Positions 8,651 through 11,807 of a stretch of 11,807 bases of DNA are shown here, one piece after another. Every line of letters starts with the position of its first letter. Position 1 is the first letter of the stretch. A model generated the notes under the pieces. The model saw only the letters and a program-made list of their open reading frames with translations, had not been told where the DNA came from and did not search any database. A program made the position numbers and the translations under genes. Source of the DNA: Promethearchaeota archaeon (lineage in GTDB: Archaea > Asgardarchaeota > Lokiarchaeia > Sigyniarchaeales > SOKP01). The stretch is from NCBI GenBank assembly GCA_048938855.1, contig JBHLLT010000050.1, positions 1-11,807 of the forward strand, given 5' to 3'.

Positions 8651-9199
8651 ATGAAGAAAACAATTTTAAAATGGGAAGTAATAGGAATTATATTTGTTGT
8701 TTTAATTGGAGCTTTATTCCATTTTATGTTTGCATTATTGAATTATTGGAGTCCTCTAGGGGTTGTTTTTCCTGTTAATGAAAGTGTTTGGGAGCATCTT
8801 AAGCTACCATATTGGCCATTAATCATATACTCACTGATTGAATATAATTTCATTAAAGATAAAGCTAATAATTTAATTATAGGCAAACTAATTTCATTCC
8901 TAATAAGTATTGGTACGATTTTAATTGTCTTTTATGCATATACTGCCATACTTGGAGCAGAATTACTAATTGTGGATATATTAAGCTTTGTACTAGGCGT
9001 CGTTATTGGACAATTGGTAAGTTATAAAATCTTGACGATAAAAGAATTATCTAAATGGTATAGCATTACCTCTTGGATAATTTTCATTGGATTTGGAGTG
9101 TTATTTGCAGTTTTTACATATTTTCCTCCACATTTACCAATATTTCAGGATTCTGAGACTGGTCTATATGGTATTATTACGCATTTTATAACATTGTAG
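8651..9199 (+). CDS. Multi-pass membrane protein, DUF6512-like
   Basis: 182 aa with about 5 hydrophobic helices. Motifs GxLxHF, PVNESVWEHLKL and C-terminal FTYxPPxxPIFxD, which I recall as the DUF6512 signature (not verified by search). Confidence 0.75.
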   Translation: MKKTILKWEVIGIIFVVLIGALFHFMFALLNYWSPLGVVFPVNESVWEHLKLPYWPLIIYSLIEYNFIKDKANNLIIGKLISFLISIGTILIVFYAYTAILGAELLIVDILSFVLGVVIGQLVSYKILTIKELSKWYSITSWIIFIGFGVLFAVFTYFPPHLPIFQDSETGLYGIITHFITL

Positions 9200-9204
9200 G
9201 ATAA

Positions 9205-9229
9205 TTATTTATTTTTTTTCTCTTTTCTT
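9205..9229 (+). terminator. T-rich terminator after the DUF6512-like gene
   Basis: ttatttattttttttctcttttctt immediately after the stop. Confidence 0.45.
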
Positions 9230-9246
9230 ATTATAATTAAAATATT

Positions 9247-10890
9247 TTGATTGCATTGAATTTCTTCGATTTTGATTTAGGAGTTCAAAACATATTCGAT
9301 AAGCAATTTTCCAATATTCCTTCTACAGACTGGAAAAAATGGCTTGATATATCTTCAAAAGAAGAGTATGAGGATCTTAGTTTAAGAAATTCTGGATTAT
9401 CATCAATTGATGATATATTTGGGAGGATATTAAAAGATAAACTAAATTCGAAATATCTATCTGTTGAACGACATAGTTATTTAGAGAAATATAAGGGATC
9501 TAGAACTTTAATTATATGTCACAGTTCAGGTACCACGAATAGCGATTTAGCTGCCCTTAAATGGCTCCCTATGACAGAAAAAATCATTCAACATTATTGG
9601 GCTCCAGGAATGCAAGCTATCTTCGAATCAAGTGGACTAAATAGAAAGAGTTCAGTAATAATATTTGTTCCATCCCGAATTAAAATAGACGGGCTTCAAT
9701 CATACCAGGGTCAAGATTACATTTCATTATATTCATCAGAGTTTTCGCAAAGAGTCATGCTTTCAATAATAAAACCCCTTTCCTATACTTTTTTTGAATA
9801 CAAAAATTCAAAGAATTTAGACGTAATATCAAAAATCCTTAGTTTAGATAATGTTTCTGTTATTTCTGCTCCAGCGATCACTATTTTAGGATGGGCAGAT
9901 TTGGAAAAGTTTCAGATAGGAATAAAAAAATCATTAGAGAATTTACCAAAAGAAAAAAGCTCCCTTCTTGAAGAATTACTAGTAATTATAAAAAAGGAGG
10001 GTGTTGAGAAAGGGGCTAAAATTATCCAGGCAAAATTATCTGAAAAATTTTCTAAAGCAACAATTATTTTTAGTATTAGTTCCCTTTCAGAACAAAATTG
10101 GATACTTATCCGTAAATTTATGAAATGGCAAAAAGGAAAAGAAAAATTTACGAATCTCTATGTAGCATCAGAGATTGGGCCATTTGCGGCTAGTATCTCA
10201 AAAGGAGATTATGAACTTTCTCGTTTAAATAGAATGTATGTTTTTCCATTAACATTAGCTGTTCTTGAATATAAAAAAAAAAGAAATTTAATATCAAATT
10301 TTTCAGATCAGATAGGAAGGCTTTATGTTTCACGAATGGGAGATTCTGGAGCTTTAATAAATATTGATATTGGAGATATTATTACTATTAAAAAATCAGA
10401 GGGATTGCCTCAAATTGATGGGACTATCATTAGATCAAGTTTTGAATTAAAATATAATGTAAAATTATCCGATAATATTAAGAAACCAGATAAATATAAT
10501 ATTTCAGCAGGAGACTTTTTCTCATTTGATAACTTTAATATAAGTCATCCAAGAAATTTATTGCATTGTTTGAAACGTAGCTGCAAATTAGAAACCGATG
10601 CTCTACTGTTAATTCAAGAATCGAATCAATCTTGGAAATTAATATTACCGTCAAATTTAGATGAGAAATGTTTTGATGATAAAATTATAGAAATTATATC
10701 GAAATGTCCAACTCAAAAGGAATTATATCAAGCAATTGTGAATAATTTTATAAAAATTAATTTTATTGAAGATCAACCAATTGATTTCTTAGCCACACGA
10801 CAAGAGATTTTGAAATTGGTGCGTAATGGGCAAAAGCCTAAAGGAATACTAAAAAAATGGCCGTTATATGTCATGTCAACCTTAAAATAA
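9247..10890 (+). CDS. GH3-like / ANL-superfamily adenylate-forming enzyme (acyl-AMP ligase)
   Basis: P-loop HSSGTT (SSGTT at 9523-9537) followed by KWLPMT (GH3-type KxxPxT), YVASEIG, DIGDII and a Lys-containing C-terminal GQKPKGILKKWP. Start is uncertain (TTG 9247 or in-frame TTG 9256). Confidence 0.7.
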   Translation: MIALNFFDFDLGVQNIFDKQFSNIPSTDWKKWLDISSKEEYEDLSLRNSGLSSIDDIFGRILKDKLNSKYLSVERHSYLEKYKGSRTLIICHSSGTTNSDLAALKWLPMTEKIIQHYWAPGMQAIFESSGLNRKSSVIIFVPSRIKIDGLQSYQGQDYISLYSSEFSQRVMLSIIKPLSYTFFEYKNSKNLDVISKILSLDNVSVISAPAITILGWADLEKFQIGIKKSLENLPKEKSSLLEELLVIIKKEGVEKGAKIIQAKLSEKFSKATIIFSISSLSEQNWILIRKFMKWQKGKEKFTNLYVASEIGPFAASISKGDYELSRLNRMYVFPLTLAVLEYKKKRNLISNFSDQIGRLYVSRMGDSGALINIDIGDIITIKKSEGLPQIDGTIIRSSFELKYNVKLSDNIKKPDKYNISAGDFFSFDNFNISHPRNLLHCLKRSCKLETDALLLIQESNQSWKLILPSNLDEKCFDDKIIEIISKCPTQKELYQAIVNNFIKINFIEDQPIDFLATRQEILKLVRNGQKPKGILKKWPLYVMSTLK

Positions 10891-11023
10891 AAAGAGATCT
10901 AATACCCAACTATCAAAAATAATTATATTTAAAGTTCAATCTTCAATTTTGAAAGACTAAATTATTTAGGAATGCGAATTTTTTCCTATTTAAATTATTA
11001 ATAAAAACTGAAGTGAAATCAAA

Positions 11024-11500
11024 ATGAAAGATAAATTCAATTTGGTTGGCACAAAAATCGAACAGTTTAGTTTACCAAATTCTAGAGGCGAAACAATCAA
11101 TATTAGAGACTTAGAAAATAAAAAAAACGTAATACTTATATTATTTAGAAATATAAATTGACCTTTTTGTCGATGGCATGCTGCGAGGTTAAGACGGGAT
11201 CTTGAAAAATTTGAAGAATTGGATGGGTATTTGTATCCAATTTTAGTGGATAATGAAAATAATGCAAAAAAAATGGAACAGAAATATGCTAGAAAGTACG
11301 CTATATTTTATGATGAATCAGAAAAAGTAGCCAAGATGTTAAAACAAGAAATAAGATGGATAAAATTTGGTCGTATGCCTGGATTATTAGTAATTGATAA
11401 GAAAGGGATCATTCAATATGCCTATTACGGTAAGAATATGCATGATATACCAGAAAACAATGAAATTTTAAAGGTTCTTGAAAAAATTAATGAAGTTTAA
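11024..11500 (+). CDS. Peroxiredoxin-like (AhpC/TSA, thioredoxin fold) probable selenoprotein with UxxC motif
   Basis: ATG 11024 (preceded by GAAGTGA) is in frame with the listed 11219-11500 ORF. It reads MKDKFNLVGTKIEQFSLPNSRGETINIRDLENKKNVILILFRNIN-TGA(11159-11161)-PFCRWHAARLRRDLEKFEELDG...MPGLLVIDKKGIIQYAYYG..., 158 aa. The TGA falls exactly on the first Cys of the CPFC motif. Confidence 0.88.
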
Positions 11501-11501
11501 G

Positions 11502-11569
11502 GATTTGGAGGGAATAAAATAAAAAATGTGAGATTTTATTCTTTAAAGTTAGCCACACTTTTCCAAATC
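11502..11569. repeat. Intergenic stem-loop element, copy 2 (3' UTR of the selenoprotein gene)
   Basis: gatttgga 11502-11509 pairs with tccaaatc 11562-11569. Inside, either gaataaaat/attttattc (11512-11520/11533-11541) or gtg/cac (11528-11530/11556-11558) can pair. Core motif aaagttagcca at 11545-11555. Confidence 0.5.
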
Positions 11570-11625
11570 AAATTTTTATTTAACTCAAATATCCGAAATT
11601 TATTAGACTCGAAATTTTAAAAAAT

Positions 11626-11805
11626 TTAAATTGATTTTAATCCAATTGGGTCTTTAATTTGTCTAAATTTATAAATAAGTTGATCTTTTGCTATAACTCC
11701 ATCCCATCCTTTAGTTTTTTCAAAACCGTGTACAGATAGGAAATTTTCTGAGTATTTACCACGAGCAGATTTGACCATTTGATTAATAATTTTATTTCTC
11801 AAAGT
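11626..11805 (-). CDS. 3' end of an unidentified gene entering from beyond the window
   Basis: Open minus frame from the window edge: TLRNKIINQMVKSARGKYSENFLSVHGFEKTKGWDGVIAKDQLIYKFRQIKDPIGLKSI*, with TAA at 11628-11626. The other two minus frames stop at once. Confidence 0.65.
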   Translation of the reverse strand, partial: TLRNKIINQMVKSARGKYSENFLSVHGFEKTKGWDGVIAKDQLIYKFRQIKDPIGLKSI

Positions 11806-11807
11806 AT

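Noticed and set aside
10957-10978. taggaa/ttccta inverted repeat upstream of the selenoprotein gene
   Set aside because: A 6-bp stem in AT-rich DNA with no second copy or recognisable consensus; it could be an operator but cannot be supported.
11459-11495. AUGAA...UGAA at the end of the selenoprotein CDS as a eukaryote-like SECIS
   Set aside because: The helix between the two GA motifs pairs poorly next to the core, and the motifs are explained by Asn-Glu codons.
11219-11500. 93-aa ORF as a stand-alone gene
   Set aside because: Its TTG start is an internal Leu. The protein lacks the first half of the thioredoxin fold, which is encoded in frame upstream of the TGA.
1-11807. CRISPR array, tRNA/rRNA, transposase, or genome-wide TGA reassignment
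   Set aside because: No regularly spaced repeats, cloverleaf or transposase motifs were seen. Trp is TGG and only one gene has an internal TGA, at a Cys-equivalent site, which argues for site-specific recoding.

Overview
AT-rich prokaryotic window that looks archaeal: GGAGGT/GAGGT ribosome-binding sites, TATA-like divergent intergenic regions, T-tract terminators and a tungsten AOR. An Asgard/Lokiarchaeia origin is my inference and is not proven. The window holds an aldehyde:ferredoxin oxidoreductase, three paralogous membrane proteins built from [2TM + left-handed beta-helix] modules plus an internally deleted 51-aa relic of a fourth, a YkgJ cysteine-cluster protein, a Zn-dependent MDR dehydrogenase, a DUF6512-like membrane protein, a GH3/ANL-like adenylate-forming enzyme and the 3' end of an unknown minus-strand gene. 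Four things stand out. (1) The last ORF is really a 158-aa peroxiredoxin-like protein starting at 11024, with an in-frame TGA in a U-P-F-C motif, i.e. a probable selenoprotein with no obvious canonical SECIS. (2) The LbH membrane genes add up to 1+2 modules, the same architecture as the three-domain C-terminal half of epsilon-poly-lysine-synthetase-type NRPSs. Only one module type keeps the candidate catalytic His, and a stand-alone adenylation enzyme lies nearby, so this may be a split archaeal membrane acyl/aminoacyl-transfer system. (3) An un-called paralog remnant sits at 4927-5082. (4) A shared structured element with apparent covariation occurs in two convergent intergenic regions.
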